The notes beneath the pieces were generated by a model, which saw only the letters and a program-made list of their open reading frames with translations, was not told the origin of the DNA and made no database searches. The translations under genes were made by a program, and so were the position numbers. Shown here piece after piece: positions 51,623 to 64,000 of a stretch of DNA of 64,000 nucleotides (the first letter of the stretch is position 1; each line of letters opens with the position of its first letter). Location: assembly GCA_023213395.1 (NCBI GenBank), contig CM041465.1, forward strand, positions 44,151,741-44,215,740. The letters run 5' to 3'. The DNA is from Cycas panzhihuaensis (taxonomy: Eukaryota; Plantae; Cycadophyta).

Positions 51623-54600
51623 ATATTTATAGATATGTCACCTCATAAATAGACTCTAATATCTCTTGAGCCTTTTTATCATCTAATAGGATGTATATAT
51701 GAATAATCCTGTATATCACATCTCTTAATACTTTTAGTGAGTGTAATTTTATGTGAATCTACTACATTATAATAAATATTAGATATATAAAAATATCATA
51801 TATTCTAATACTTCATCTTCATCTTTGGCTTTCAATACCTTCATGCTTTATTATATGTTATAACCTATAAACCTGTAACTAGTATCAAGCTAAATTAATC
51901 TTAATAAAGTTGTATCATTTATAACCTATAAATCTATCAACATCATATTTGTCTCTTATAAATAATTAACATGTAACTATATATAGTTAATTATGATCAT
52001 CATTGACTAATAATGATCATCTACCTATAAAATACTTACATACCAATCAACAATCAAATAATCAATCTTAATTTTATGACTTTTACTTGTTATGTTTATA
52101 TGAAGTTTTCTCCTTAACAACTTTATATCTTCACCTAAAAAAATATTATAAATATCATTATCAATCTATCATCTTAATAATCTCATGAATAAAAATGACT
52201 ATTGATATCTATACAAAATAACAACCATCTACCAAAATACATGACTAACTAGTCATTGTAATCACTAGTTCTCTAGGAAGTGTTTCTTGTACGTGGTTTA
52301 TTAGTAAATATAATAACACTTAGTTATTAGGCAAAATGTTATTACAAGAGTAATATAAAATCTAACCTCTTATATATGAGAATAATAACATAATCTATGT
52401 GTTATATAAGAGTAACTTGTGAAACCTTTTTTTTTTACCTCTTACATACAAGATAACCTTTTGTGCTTTCTCTACATATGCATATAATAGTGACTTTCTT
52501 TTAGCAACTAATACATATCATCAATATCAGTAAATTAACAAACTAAACATACTAACTTTGGGAATAGTATGTATCACCTAGCCAAGACAAGTTAACTATA
52601 ATAAGGTAATGTAAACAATGTATTCCCATACTTTTTGTCATACATAGCAAGTTAGATTTCTCACTAACAAAACATATTTGATATTAGCTAGACTCCTCAA
52701 TAACTAATATTGGTATGCCAAGCATTCAACATATGAGGCTTTTTCTCCATGTCTCATAAACATGTGGAAAATAATATCATTATTTATTAACTCTCTCAAC
52801 ATTAACTACAAATATCAATTGGGCCCTTTATCAACAAATATTAGATGGTGTTATCATTATCATTTGTATAATAAACAAGTAATTATTATATATGATTAGT
52901 ATGGACCATTATAGTTTATCAAATGTATTAAGTACCAACATGAATTTTCTTTATGTCTAGTATGTGTTAAGATTACCACATTAAATAATGTTCTACATCT
53001 TCAATTTTTATTAGTTTTAAGCCTTCAAATATCATTAATGAGCCTTTATACATTTATTTAAAATGAAACTTATTTTTTCTTTCTTTAATAATCACCGAAC
53101 TCAATATTATATAACTAGTAGTCTTTAAAAACATTTAAAAATGCCAAAATAGATCTCAAAAAGCTCAAAAAATACATATTTTATAAAGTTAAAACCACTT
53201 TTATCAACTTTACCCATTAAAATCTTCATGATCTAATTTTTAAAATATGCATTGCGACTATCCATTTCAACTATCTCAAAATTCTCTTTCCATTATAACC
53301 AATAGTTCAAAAAATAAACTCATAAATGAGAAGTTATGTTAAAAAAATTGTCAGTATGTCATGAAAAAGTGTGTAGTCCTTAAGAATTATTATTTAGCCA
53401 CTTTCAGCTTGGGTTGTTGGTTACTTCATCATTCCATGTGATTGTCCACTAATGGTTAGGGGCTTTTGCAAAACTTAAAAATTATTAAATTTAATTTTGC
53501 ATATGCAAAAAGAAAAAAACTAAATCCAATTCATTGAATTTTAGTGTATGCCCATTATCTAGATTTAAAATCAAATTTTAATATAATTAAATTTATCATA
53601 AACTTTACAATTTCTTTTATCTAATCAAATTTCCTTCTATGCATAAATCTGACAACTTGCTTTCTCTACAATTTTGATCACTATAAGGCAAATATACAAG
53701 GTATGCTTCAATGGTAAATTAGTGATTAACTATGTAGTCATATGTGTAACTACATCAAATAGTATATGTCAATAGACAATGGCTTCACCGAGGGTGGATA
53801 GTATGCAAGGCCATAGGAGTAACGCAATGCGTGGTACCAACAATGGTAGATCTTCATGGAGTGTGGCATGATCTACCATGTAGATAAACATCGATGGACA
53901 ATAAAATCTCTATGGTGGGGCATAATAGTAGGCTTTAACATGTAAATAAGTCACCATGGATAAAGTGCCATGCATATGCAATGATATGCTTATGCAAATC
54001 ACTTATGTGAAAATATCACATATTCCAACAATATAGTTTATCTCACATTTGTTCCTTTATTTTCTCACTTCCATACTTCCATCGATCTATTTATCTGATT
54101 TAATTATATGCCATCTATTGATTATAAATCACAGTATGCTAGTTACAACCACTTCTACCTATAAAATATCAATTGTGATAATCTAATATACATATAGATA
54201 ATATTTTAATGTCTACAATGTTCAAGGTAGTATAATATAATGACACCTACAAGAGTACTCAAATAAATAATATCGTTCATTAGATCTATAAACCCTCTTA
54301 AGAATTATTAAATTGAGGAAGCAACATTGAACAAAGGATTTTGTTTAAAAAATCTCTAAAATTTTATGTCGAGCTATGCCTATACTAAAGACCCTAAGAC
54401 ATAGATCTATTAACGATATATTGGTATTGAGAGAAACATTGTTTTTTCATTCATATTTTTAGTAATACTTATATAACCATTAATAGGGGAAATAAAATTG
54501 ACTGCAAATCCCATAGTTATGTAGAGGATAATAGATCTAAAGTAAGAATGACATACAAGTAGAAAGCCTTAATATGTATCTCATTCCCACCAATGATAGG

Positions 54601-54699
54601 GAATTTATTATTGCATATAATTGAAGGGTGAATTCTTAAACTTTAGAATAAGAAGGTTGTTACGACATAAAAAATATGTGGAATACTCATCATATCAAT

Positions 54700-54820
54700 A
54701 TTGCTTCCCTCAAGGAGAAAATCTCAACCACATAAGAAAATTAATGTGATAGAAAAAATGGTAATGTTGGTTTTAAACATTGCTTCCCTCAGGGAAAAAT
54801 CTCAACCACAAAAGAAAATT
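54700..54820. repeat. Short direct repeat ATTGCTTCCCTCA..AAATCTCAACCAC..AAGAAAATT x2 (~79-bp period), probably within an old LTR
   Basis: Copies at ~54700 and ~54779. Confidence 0.7.
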
Positions 54821-56920
54821 GTATCATAAAACCAAGATGATAATATTGGTTTAATTAATTGAACATATACTAATAAATATGGCCCTCTCCTTCCCTCTCT
54901 AGTCAACTCCTTTTTCTCTTGTTAAATTACCCCTCTTTTTATAGAGTATGAAGTGAGGATGTTCTTATAACTATTGTATAAGGGCTGATCTTTTCATTTA
55001 TGTAAACAATTTAGTAGTTACAAGGATCCTTAAGCTTGGTAGAGTCATTACACAAAATCCACTAGAATGATAGGTGGAAGAATTAATCATCAATATCATA
55101 TGATGATAATGTTTAATTATGTTGTTCAACAATTGAAAAAATATCCCTAGTATGAGCTTATTCTTTACAATTGCTCCCTTGATTAGTAATCGTTATATCT
55201 ATAAACTATTCTTACTTCCTAATTAGATGGCATAATTTATGGTGAGTGTAGTATCTCATTTATGTATAATTGTTTATTGTCATTGTAAACCTTGAGCATA
55301 TTGTAGTACAGTTAGAAACTTTCTATACAACTATTGTAATGGACTTTGGGGTGTGCAATAGTTATTAATCCCTTATAAAGTGACGTTTATAGTCAAGGCT
55401 TTGATCTCCTTGATATTTATGTCAAGATTATCATGTGCAATTTCTCAATTCTTCGAATATACCAATATATATGATAATTTATATGCAATGACCATCTCAC
55501 TCTAGGGCTTCCTAAATAATGCTCACTTGTTCTCCTTTAGAATTTAGAAGGTAGGTAGCACCCATAAGAAGCAATTCTATTAATATCCATTATGTCCCAA
55601 TTTTCATCATTACTTGTGGCTCCCTACATGGATGAATCTTGTAAATGTTCTTCTCACATTAAAGATATATATATATTTATTTTTCCTTTAGTAGTCAAAT
55701 TTAATGAAAATGCCTCCTTGTAGGGGAAGTCATTCATGAGAATGCTTTATTATATCATCCATTTCCTTCTCTCTCATTGCTTCTTCCCATAAGGTAACTT
55801 TCTACAAGATGCTCATTTTGAAAATGTACCTTTAAACTTGAGCAATTTTGTAGAATATTTTATGAGCTTATTACTGGATATTTATTTCCCATGAATTATT
55901 TTCTTGTAAATTACTTAAAAGTTATTTCAATATACAAAACATGAGTTATTCACAATTACAAAATTAGTGGAGCACAAGTGATAATGAGGTGGGACCCATC
56001 ACTTAATTATTTAACCTTTTCAAAAATCGCTTCCTTACAAATCACTTAAAAGTTATAAAATAGAGCCCTCAATCTTCTTACGAATTACTTTCCTACTCTC
56101 TCTTGAAAATCATCTTGAAGAAAAAAAGGTGTTCAACATGGGTCTTGAAGTCATAAGAATATAACTCTATGAACCCTTCTTTTGCATGATCATTTCCTAT
56201 ATGATGACTTCTCATATGAACATCATCCACCTAATCAACTTCTTCTTTTTATTATTTTGTGGAAAACAATTAGTGAGGATACGAGTTAATAAGAAAAGTA
56301 GAGCCCACTATCTTGTTCCTTCCATTTGGTTTTCTTGTAAATAACTTCCTTGCAAGTCACTTAAAAAATACTTCAAACACAAAGTCAGTTATCTCTAGGG
56401 ACTAAGGTTATAAGAATATAGGATGGTTCATTTCTTTTCTCTCACATTAACCCTTTCCACATCACGGTCTCCTAGGTAATCATGAAGTACTTCTAATGCT
56501 CCCTCATAGAGAAGTGCACTATTGGAAAACATTCTTTCAAACTATTTATACCTCATATTACCCTGCCCTTCTTACCTAAGTGATCCTTATCAATTCTATT
56601 CTAATTTGTGTTGTAGAGTTATTATGAATATTAGCATCTGAGAACAAATTTAATTATACCAGTGTGACTTGAGTGTTAATGCCATCTTCACAATAAATTA
56701 AATGACATATATAATTTTATTTATCGATCTTCTCAACTCATATCAATTGCTTTTAAATTGTTACACCTTTAGAGGGTAATACCATCTTTTGTTTTTATAT
56801 CAATATTCTAGAAGGTAAATTCATATGAAAATCTTAGGTTAAAAGTAGAAGTTTATCAGTGATGGAAGTACCAATTAGGTTGAAGTTGTAAAGATGTTAT
56901 ATCTATCTATCCACTAAAGT

Positions 56921-59900
56921 TATTATGAAAAAACATGAAACATGCATGTATTTTAAACTATAGGGTCTTGATCATACACAAGAAGGAAATATAAAAAAGC
57001 ACAAGTACAGAGTACACAGGTTTTACATGGGAAACCCTTTGGCAAAAAAAACCCACCATAATAAATTAATCATTACATTGATTACAAAATAATGAGACAT
57101 TACATCCAATCTAGGTCTTGGTACATATTCAAACCTATATGGAAAGTCCATTTAAGAGATGTAACTCTTTGTTAATCATGGCTATTCAACTGACCAACTC
57201 ACTAATTAAACCACATTTATATTAACTATGTGGTTAACACTTAGCCACTCTAGCATCCCCTCTTAATAGAAATATGGGGAACTAGACTTCCATTAGAAAC
57301 CTCTAAGTGAAGGTAGGAATTATCCTTGTTGATACATCCCCCTTAAGGATAATTTTACTAACTTCCAACTTAGCTCAAAGCATTATGAATTGATCTTCAA
57401 TAAGTGCCTTTGTAAATACATCTATAAGTTAATCTTTACTTGAATAGTAATTAATATGTAACTTCCCTGCTTGAATTTACTCATGAATATAATGGTCTTA
57501 GATCTCAATATACTTCATATAGGTATGAAATTTTGAATTCTTAGACAAATAGATGATACTTTGATTATCAATCAATATAACTAGCATTCCACTCTATATT
57601 GCTAAAATATCAAGTAGTCCTTAGAACCATACAACTTACCTCATACTAATATATTGACCTTGATACTCTAGCTCAGTGGGTGATAATGTAATTATCTTTT
57701 GTTTCTTGGATTATCATGAAATAGGTCCATTGTCAATACTATAGATATATCTAGTAGTAGATTTATAGCCATTGACATCTCCACCCTAATAAGCATCAAT
57801 ATATCTAACTAGTTATGTCTCTCTATATTAAATATACTCCAAATCAATATGTAAAGTTCCCTTCACATATCTTAGAATCCCCTTTGTAGTAACCCAATGC
57901 GGTTCTTAAGGATTTAGCATATAGCGAGAAACCAACCTAATAATGCATACTATATTTATCATAGGATGTGTCAAATATATAAGACTCCTTACTAATTATT
58001 TGTATAATATTTCATCTATTATAGGCTTCTTCATATCCTTCAATAACTTTGTGCCTTTGGCTTATGTTTTTTTAATAAGTTTTCAATCCTCCATCTTGAA
58101 TTTATCAAGTAGGCTTTTTGCATATTTTATTTATAACACCAAACTATTATCTTCTATCTACCTTACCTCAATGCTTAAGAAGTAGTATAGAGCCTTAAGA
58201 CCTATCATGATAAAGTTTACTCTAAAATTGGATTTTATTCCCACAATAATTTTATTGCAATTGCTAGTAATGAGAAAATCCTTAACATGCAACATAATAA
58301 CTACTATTAAAGTTCCTCTCCTTTGAATATGTAGATTTATCTCCAAATCTATCATAACAAATCCTTCTTCATTTAATCTGGTATTGATCTTAACATACCA
58401 AGCACATGGTGCTTGCTTTAGGCCATAGATTAACTTTGTTAAATAGAACACAAGATACTCATATCATTCCTCAAAGAAACCAATTAATTGTGCCATATAA
58501 ATCTCCTCTCTTAACTCTACATTAAATAATATTAATTTCATAGCCATTTAGTGAAGCTCCTAACTATATTTAGCTATAAATAAAAGGATCAAATGGATTA
58601 TTTTCATCTTGCAGATTGGTATAAATATTTCCTCATAATCAATCCCTTCCTTTTACTTAAATCTTTGCATAATAAATCTTGCCTTATACTTATCCATCTC
58701 TTTATCATACTAAAACTTAGTCTTATAGACACATATGTAACTAATAAGGTTTTTCTTAAGAGGTAATGGAACTAACTCCCATATGACAACTTGTATTAGA
58801 GAACCAAATTCATGAGGATTATCTTCTATTTCATCAAATAAAACAAAGTCATGGGAGTTCATGGTGCTAACAACTAGAGCTCGACTAATATTATGGTTCC
58901 TTGTTCTTTACTCATCTATAATACTTTGTAACATCACACTTAAATCCTAAAGTCTTCTTGGACCATAATGACATTAAATTACCCAATGTTATTGTTGCCT
59001 CCATACATGGAAACTCCTCATTATTATCTCTACTCTATCCTTCTTCCCTCTCAATCATAACACCTAGTTCCTTATCCTCTATTATTGATGAAGCACCAAT
59101 AGGAAATGGAAGTAGTAGGGGGGAAAAGGTTTCTTTAGAGAATGTATTCTTAGGATGATACATCATAGGCTCATCAAACTTCATATCCTAACTAATAACA
59201 AGTTTTCTCCCTTAAGGATCCCATAGTTTATAAGCTTTATTATGATCTAAATACCCCATAAATATACACTTATGACACTTGTGATCCAACCTTTTATAAT
59301 TTTTATCTAGGATGTGTGCATATGCAATGCACCTAAAGTCCTTCAAATAATCAATGGTAGATTTATAACTAGTCCATTTTCTTTAAGGGTCATGCCATAA
59401 ACTATTATTATAGGTATCGTATTTAAGATATAAATGGCAGTCCTAATAGTTTTTACCCAAAACATAGCTGATAAATTCTTTACATGCGCCATACACTTTG
59501 CCATTTCTATCATAGTATAGTTTATTTTCTTGCTATCACCATTTTGTTGTGGGATATATAGGATGATTAATTCCCATTTAGTACCATGATCTAAGTAGAA
59601 ATAATAAATGGCACTATTATCATGCTCCTTGCTATTATCACTCCTCAAAATATTAAATTTCTTATCACATCCATTCTTAACAAGTACCTTCTATTCTTAG
59701 AAATAATTGAATGCTTCAATCTTACTCTTTAAGAAATATGTACGTGCCTTCCTAGTATAGTCATCTATAAATAGAAAAGTTAGCAAGCTCTAGATATAGA
59801 ACAGTTTGAGAGTGGACCTATAAAATTAGTATGTATGATCTCTAGCTTCTCCTTGGCACTTTAAGCACAATTTCCAATAAAAGGATAGTGACGATGCTTT

Positions 59901-60680
59901 GTATACATATGCCTTTCATACACAACCTTTGAATAAGAAACATAGGGCAATCCTTCTGCTATTTTTAGTTAAGTTATAAGTGTTATGCTTCTATGTTTAA
60001 GGTGACCAAGGCATTCATGCCATAATTTTCTCATACCGTTAGCATCAACAACAAAAGCATAGGTTCAATTCTAAGCTTCAAATTTCTAGAATACCCAAAA
60101 ATCATCCTTCACTCTTCTAGTAATAATGATAGACAAATTTTGCTTTGAATCCTTAATTAAGCATTTATCTTTAAAGAGCTCAAACTTTATACCTTATTTG
60201 TATATCTCTTAGGCTGACAAAAGATTCTCTTCCATCTTAGGTGCATAATACAAACCCTTAAATTTGCCTCTTATAAATGAAATAGTACCATCATCCTTAA
60301 TAGACACCACACTTGCATCCCAACAATGATTTTTGTATTATTAAGATAACATTCCATGCATCAAAGTTCTACTTCTTAAAAGAAATGTGTTTCTACACTC
60401 TTGAGTCCAAAATCTAATAATCTTTCTAATTCAATTCAATTAACAAGGATGAATCTTCTATATAATAAGATATAATACTCTTTCTATTATCATCCTAGTT
60501 TTCTTTCTGTTTGTCTATCCTTTTAAACCAATAATTCTTCTCCTTATGGCCATAATTCTTCTTCTTCTTGCAATAATTACATTTATAGAAAAACTTTTTC
60601 TTATCTCGATATACTTCTCCTAATGTTTATGCAAACTTCCCTTCCTAAATACAATATATCCTATGTATATTTATGATTAG
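56921..60680 (-). mobile_element. Older, 5'-truncated copia related to the 45928 family; 3' LTR ~56921-57255
   Basis: PPT at 57256. RT (LIYGLKQAPCAWY) and IN (RSDNSKE, PQQNG). Shares LTR motifs (TTTACATGGGAAACCCTTT, TTAAACCACATT). Confidence 0.85.
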
Positions 60681-60689
60681 GGTATAATT

Positions 60690-61549
60690 AGATTTGAAAC
60701 CAAGTAAACTCTCTCAGTGGACACTTCACAGATCATAGATTTCTCCAAAGACAAAGAGTAGGGATGGCGACTACTTTAAAACGACAGATCACAAATTCAC
60801 AAACTAGATTAATGTAATGTAGGTCTGATCATAAACAATGCTTAATGAATTCACAACATTCTTTAGTCCCAGGGATTTGCATTAGGACTTGGCATTGTGG
60901 GGCTTCATCTTCACAAGTGGACAATTGTTCTCAGAGTCAATCAGTCCATTGTCTCACCATACAGTTCTTGGTTGGATTTCCTTCTCTCTCATAAGTCTGC
61001 CACTACCTATAAGAGTTCGTCCAAGCTTTACCAGTCACTTCTCAACAAACCAATGATGACCTGGGACTTTTCCTCTCAAATCTTCAATTTGTCAGTTGCC
61101 TTAATGGAGTTACCTTCCTTCCTTATCTGCACACAAGAGCCTTAGCAAGCGACCTGCTCTGATACCATGTTAAGATTTTAATATGGAGAACATTCATCCA
61201 CCACAAGATCAATACCAATGAACAGAGATTAAGACAATATAATCATAATGCATTAACATATCAAAACACTAAAGACTCAATATGAGCCTTGATGATGTGA
61301 TGTATTTATACACTACCTTAACCACCTTTATATACCAAGAGGTGGGAGACTATACAATATAAGTAATGCATGTGGGACAAATACCTTTGTCTTGACCAAT
61401 AACATTACACTACTAACTTGACTAATAAGCTTCTATCTTCTTACATAGTATTATAATGACCCTTTGACCCTAAGAATTAGGACTATGACTAATAATCCTA
61501 GGACCCACTTTTACTTAAGCACATACACATTAAACATTATATTCTAACA
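60690..61549 (-). mobile_element. 5' LTR (61168-61549), PBS and partial leader of the 24871-30005 family
   Basis: GCTCTGATACCA|TGTTAAG...ATTCTAACA, clearly homologous to 24871-25251. Confidence 0.9.
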
Positions 61550-64000
61550 AAGAGATCTATCTCTTTACTATAAAATATATCTACTCCTTCCCATTCTCCT
61601 CAGCTATCCAAGCTTCCTAAGAGATCTAGTCTCGCATTTACTTCTTCTTTGGTTATTGATTAAGCTTATTTTTCTTAGTGTCTTCCTCTTTCATGCTTGT
61701 TTTAAGGAAAAGATTGAGAAAGATTGATCATTTTGAAGGGATATAGCTATTCTAAGGTAAGAATTCATCATTGGAGTTAAGATTTCTAAAAAGTATTAGT
61801 ACTATATTCCTTGACTTTATCTTCTTTTTTTTCTTTTATTTTAAAAAAGGAACTTGTGTACATGAATAAAATCCCATGGTATCTAAAAACTCCATGAGTA
61901 ATAGAATCTCTTTATGATTTTAGTATATTATTTGCTTGTAAGAATATCAATTATAACTATTGCATGTGAGTTTTATGGGTTGCATATCATTTTTAGTTAA
62001 TGAAAATCATATATAAAATATCTTATTTCTATTAGAATTATTCTTAAAACATAGAAATAACATGTATATGAAATGAAAAGCTTTCCATAAATATTACATG
62101 TTATTACCTTTCATCAAGTTGCATTTAAAGTTATATATCATAGATTTGTATTTTATGCTAGTTATTCTTATCTTTGAAAAGAAGTATGCTTTGCATCTAT
62201 AGGAGATAGTATCTCTTTCATTTTGGTGTTCCTTGCTTAAAAAAAAAAAGAAAAAGAAAAAGAAGTAGTATGGCATATGTGATTTATTTTTTTAGTTGAT
62301 TTTAAAAAGAAGGTAGTTAGATTTTTCTATTTCATTGTTCTTTATTATGCTTTCATTAAAAAAAAAAAAAACTAAAAAAAAAATCCATTACTTAACCCTT
62401 TTCTTTATTTAATAAACCTAAAAAGCCAAAACAATAAAAGGAAAGAAGTCCCTAGGAGGGATACAAAAAGCATTATCAGTGTAATTTCGAACTTAGAAAT
62501 CCTTTACTTGGTTGTGTAAACCAGTAGATTCTAGTACCCTCCTTACATCTTAGACTTTCATTATCATATACATATCCAAATCAAATGATACAAATATTTA
62601 AAGACTCCCTCTTAGGAGTTGGTAAAGGTGGTCCTTAGGTTCCCATAGGCTTTTTTATCCCTTGATCTAGACTTGAAATAGAGGAAACATAATGTCATTA
62701 AGGGATACTTAAGCTAGGCCTGACCAAAGCATACCATCTTTTTGGTGACCATACTAGGGATTTACCATTTGATTTTTTGTTTAAAGTAATGGAAACCAGA
62801 CCTCCCACTCAAAGGTGATCATTGAGATTTTAAGGTTTCCTACCTAATTTTTAACTGCAACCCTCACACTCTACCCATGAAGTTTCATCCTCGTACGTTG
62901 GCCCTTTGGAACATCATATACATAATACCTATATTTATCCTTTTGAAGATTCAATCTAATTGTATAAAATACTTATAGAGTAAGGGTACTTAGAGCCCTC
63001 TCAATTTCATGGTGGTATTTCTCTTATGAATCCTTCTTTTGTATAAGAAGAAGTGCTTCCCACTCAAGCATCTCCATCTTATTATAAACTAGTTCTTACT
63101 AGGGTCCCCACTCCACTCCATATACTCGAATATCAAGATCCTTTCTATCTAGAGACTTATACCATAACATCCTCTCCTCAATATTATCAATTTTATCCAT
63201 TATATGAGGAACATAAGTCCATATAAGTTGAGCCTTTTGTTACTCTTAATATTAGTCAATCACATTTGTCTTTCTATCCTTCTTGACCTAGGCTATATTC
63301 TCCTCCTTTAGGAGAGTTGAAGATCATAAATCAGTTTATTCCTAGCCTCTCCCCTCATTTCCCATGTTACAAGCTCAAATATATTCTTCACGTGTAGTAC
63401 CTTCTACACATGAGGGAACCTCTACCACACCCGTTCAAGGTAATCTTATCCCTTCTCATGGTCTAACCCCTCAACAAATAGGTCTATCTTCTTCAACCTA
63501 TAACCTATCCATTCATATCCTAATAGGGTAGTTTCTTCTTACCTTGTTATTACCTCAACTCAATTACCACCCCAAGTTTCTCATAGAGTTATATCTTAGT
63601 GTATTATACCTCATATATCTTCTCATAGGACATCTAATTTAATTTCTTCACCTTAACCTATTCCTTATGCTTACCCCATTTTTCCCCATTCTTTGGTTAG
63701 TAAATCTCAAGCTTTGGGGTTTGCTAACCCTACTTTCTCATCTCATGTCCCTAGATTGATCCCTAACAAATCCCTTTTTTGTATTTTAAGCCTATTTAAC
63801 CTAAATATCATGTGTTGCAAACTAATTTTATGGTAAATCCTATAACTTAGTTTAAGCTTTTTATCTTCTCTCTTGGCTTATTCCTTCCCTCAACAACAAG
63901 AACCTATTTTTTCTACTACCCCACACCCATTATCCTTACCTCAATACTCTACCACATTGAGGCCAAAGAAGCCTTTCTTAGACTATATGAAGTCTCCCTT
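61550..64000 (+). mobile_element. Possible degraded Ogre/Tat-like gypsy 5' region
   Basis: TGGTGACCATACTAGGGA at 62743-62760 resembles a deaminated tRNA-Arg-type PBS (TGGCGACTCCACTGGGGA), followed by C/T-rich degraded sequence. Confidence 0.35.

Larger units (their letters stand above)
45604..51810 (-). mobile_element. Old LTR (45604-45927 + 51623-51810) split by the copia insertion
   Basis: TGTTAGAA...TTCTAATA termini and a GATTTACATGTAGAAAA motif like those in neighbouring LTRs. No TSD found. Confidence 0.45.

Overview
Eukaryotic, TE-dense plant DNA. The architecture suggests a large-genome seed plant, possibly a gymnosperm (inference). The only host gene is an intact single-exon CDS for AP-3 complex subunit delta (minus strand, ATG probably 34942, stop 31721), with probable non-coding 3'UTR exons. 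Nearly everything else is nested, mostly decayed LTR retrotransposons. Three top-level elements are complete with TSDs: copia 13541-24598 (CTGCC), non-autonomous 24871-30005 (CAAAA) and copia 45928-51622 (ATATT). Four nested insertions also have TSDs (16453-18524, 20494-22822, solo LTRs 21439-21750 and 40091-40711). Truncated copia elements and gypsy fragments fill the rest. The most unusual features are: (i) a 15-copy TGTGGGCCCCACA (TCP/site II-like) array plus a highly structured leader in a copia 5'UTR; (ii) a pol-less LTR element encoding a long Gag-N-terminus/acidic orphan ORF; (iii) an element whose PBS and PPT are correctly placed but whose two LTRs are inverted; (iv) a copia family with a conserved double PPT; (v) probable 3'UTR introns in AP3D. 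All alignments were done by eye, and boundaries of degraded elements are approximate.
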